Positions 63,901 to 64,000 of a stretch of 64,000 nt of DNA are shown here, one piece after another; within the stretch, counting starts at the first letter, position 1, and the number at the start of each line of letters is the position of its first letter. Source of the DNA: Lepidodermella squamata (lineage: Eukaryota; Animalia; Gastrotricha); the NCBI GenBank assembly GCA_047495785.1, contig JBLDXI010000042.1:4898001-4962000 (forward strand), written 5' to 3'. The notes beneath the pieces were generated by a model. The model did no database searches. It had not been told where the DNA came from and worked only from the letters and a program-made list of their open reading frames with translations. The position numbers and the translations under genes were made by a program.

Positions 63901-64000
63901 CTCTTGCGAGACCTGTGGGTCTTGCGTTGACGGCGGACCGACTTCTTGGAGCGGGTACGACGAGTTGTGCTCTTACGCTGGCGACGGGTTACCTTCTTCG
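57984..64000 (-). CDS. Giant Arg/Lys/Ser/His/Thr-rich tandem-repeat protein, C-terminal about 2000 aa (start outside window)
   Basis: The frame of ORF 57984-62744 stays open through the 240-bp array to position 64000; ends in Ser/Arg repeats and acidic (EQGPVIETV)-type repeats. Confidence 0.85.
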   Translation of the reverse strand, partial: KKVTRRQRKSTTRRTRSKKSVRRQRKTHRSRKSRKVQRKRTRRTRSKKSVRRQRKTHRSRKSRKVQRKHTSKRSTRRSRSKKVTRRQRKSTTRRTRSKKSVRRQRKTHRSRKSRKVQRKRTRRTRSKKSVRRQRKTHRSRKSRKVQRKHTSKRSTRRSRSKKVTRRQRKSTTRRTRSKKSVRRQRKTHRSRKSRKVQRKHTRRTRSKKSVRRQRKTHRSRKSRKVQRKHTSKRSTRRSRSKKVTRRQRKSTTRRTRSKKSVRRQRKTHRSRKSRKVQRKHTRRTRSKKSVRRQRKTHRSRKSRKVQRKHTSKRSTRRSRSKKVTRRQRKSTTRRTRSKKSVRRQRKTHRSRKSRKVQRKRTRHTRSKKSVRRQRKTHRSRKSRKVQRKHTSKRSTRRSRSKNVTRRQRKSTTRRHRRSVKKVKRHHRSKRVHRRKHTKRSVRRTQRKTRSTRRHRTSRKVSRKTRSTKRHRRSVKKVKRHHRSKRVHRRKHTQRSVRRTQRKTRSTRRHRTSRKVSRKTRSTKRHRRSVKKVKRHHRSKRVHRRKHTKRSVRRTQRKTRSTRRHRTSRKVSRKTRSTKRHRRSVKKVKRHHRSKRVHRRKHTQRSVRRTQRKTRSTRRHRTSRKVSRKTRSTKRHRRSVKKVKRHHRSKRVHRRKHTKRSVRRTQRKTRSTRRHRTSRKVSRKTRSTKRHRRSVKKVKRHHRSKRVHRRKHTQRSVRRTQRKTRSTRRHRTSRKVSRKTRSTKRHRRSVKKVKRHHRSKRVHRRKHTKRSVRRTQRKTRSTRRHRTSRKVSRKTRSTKRHRRSVKKVKRHHRSKRVHRRKHTQRSVRRTQRKTRSTRRHRTSRKVSRKTRSTKRHRRSVKKVKRHHRSKRVHRRKHTKRSVRRTQRKTRSTRRHRTSRKVSRKTRSTKRHRRSVKKVKRHHRSKRVHRRKHTQRSVRRTQRKTRSTRRHRTSRKVSRKTRSTKRHRRSVKKVKRHHRSKRVHRRKHTKRSVRRTQRKTRSTRRHRTSRKVSRKTRSTKRHRRSVKKVKRHHRSKRVHRRKHTQRSVRRTQRKTRSTRRHRTSRKVSRKTRSTKRHRRSVKKVKRHHRSKRVHRRKHTKRSVRRTQRKTRSTRRHRTSRKVSRKTRSTKRHRRSVKKVKRHHRSKRVHRRKHTKRSVRRTQRKTRSTRRHRTSRKVSRKTRSTKRHRRSVKKVKRHHRSKRVHRRKHTQRSVRRTQRKTRSTRRHRTSRKVSRKTRSTKRHRRSVKKVKRHHRSKRVHRRKHTKRSVRRTQRKTRSTRRHRTSRKVSRKTRSTKRHRRSVKKVKRHHRSKRVHRRKHTQRSVRRTQRKTRSTRRHRTSRKVSRKTRSTKRHRRSVKKVKRHHRSKRVHRRKHTKRSVRRTQRKTRSTRRHRTSRKVSRKTRSTKRHRRSVKKVKRHHRSKRVHRRKHTKRSVRRTQRKTRSTRRHRTSRKVSRKTRSTKRHRRSVKKVKRHHRSKRVHRRKHTQRSVRRTQRKTRSTRRHRTSRKVSRKTRSTKRHRRSVKKVKRHHRSKRVHRRKHTQRSVRRTQRKTRSTRRHRTSRKVSRKTRSTKRHRRSVKKVKRHHRSKRVHRRKHTKRSVRRTQRKTRSTRRHRTSRKVSRKTRSTKRHRRSSTKVTRKTHRHGSSRKSARKSRRTIKRKVRRSHRRQSRRKVVSRSRHSQRRRRVIRRKRSSKHSTKRNHMTSSIGKLTRSSSRHRSRKESLSKTSSSKSRRSRRTIKRKVRRSRRRHAKRRVTIRKKGSRRSRRVIRRKRSAGLSRSHRVRSSRSYQAGSTPRPSIHRSSHQENHSRSVLSSSNRSSSSEKESSGEITKRSKARSSGSASSSSHRSGVVKRTTHHRTSKSTSDSGRKVSKSSSSSRAKSRSVSRSSRVKSRSVSRSSRVRSRSASRSSRVKSRSASRSSRVKSRKSRSVSRSSRVKSRSASSSSHSSGSASEGSSETQYQEWTEEGPVIETVEQGPVIETVEQGPVIETVVEGPVIETKWEETVVA
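59116..62745. repeat. Coding tandem array, 22 x 165 bp (55 aa)
   Basis: Unit start recurs every 165 bp; units differ only at one T/G site on the + strand (Lys AAG / Gln CAG on the coding strand). Confidence 0.95.
62761..64000. repeat. Coding tandem array, more than 5 x 240 bp (80 aa), each with an internal duplicated subunit
   Basis: cgagttgtgc recurs at 62761, 63001, 63241, 63481, 63721, 63961. Confidence 0.95.

Noticed and set aside
59116-64000. CRISPR array or non-coding satellite
   Set aside because: No unique spacers; unit lengths are multiples of 3, the frame is open and runs into a unique C-terminus.

Overview
Gene-dense window from a compact invertebrate animal genome (standard code, mostly 45-65 nt GT-AG introns, one GC-AG); the taxon cannot be fixed from sequence alone. 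Gene models were rebuilt by hand by joining ORF fragments across splice sites. Contents in order: two tandem ETS genes, an unknown SAM-like gene, a double-DUF1330 gene, a secreted mucin/SUEL-lectin protein ending in a microbial-type Hedgehog/DD-peptidase-like domain, a C-type lectin with an unrecognised 4-Cys repeat, a disrupted Cys-loop channel with a duplicated extra N-terminal domain, an SPR/myosuppressin-receptor-like GPCR next to a possible Wamide precursor, two intronless GABA-B-like receptors flanking a GNAT, a PY-motif membrane protein, a head-to-head pair of degenerate VWA genes, tRNA-Gly(GCC), a GPI-type Cys-rich protein and several non-autonomous elements. Strongest novelty candidates: (1) four small secreted proteins sharing an ungapped 19-aa C-x8-C-x8-W motif; (2) a >2000-aa Arg/Lys/Ser/His tandem-repeat protein with an acidic tail that runs off the window end; (3) the mucin-lectin-peptidase-like chimera. 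Family names come from motif recall, not database searches.
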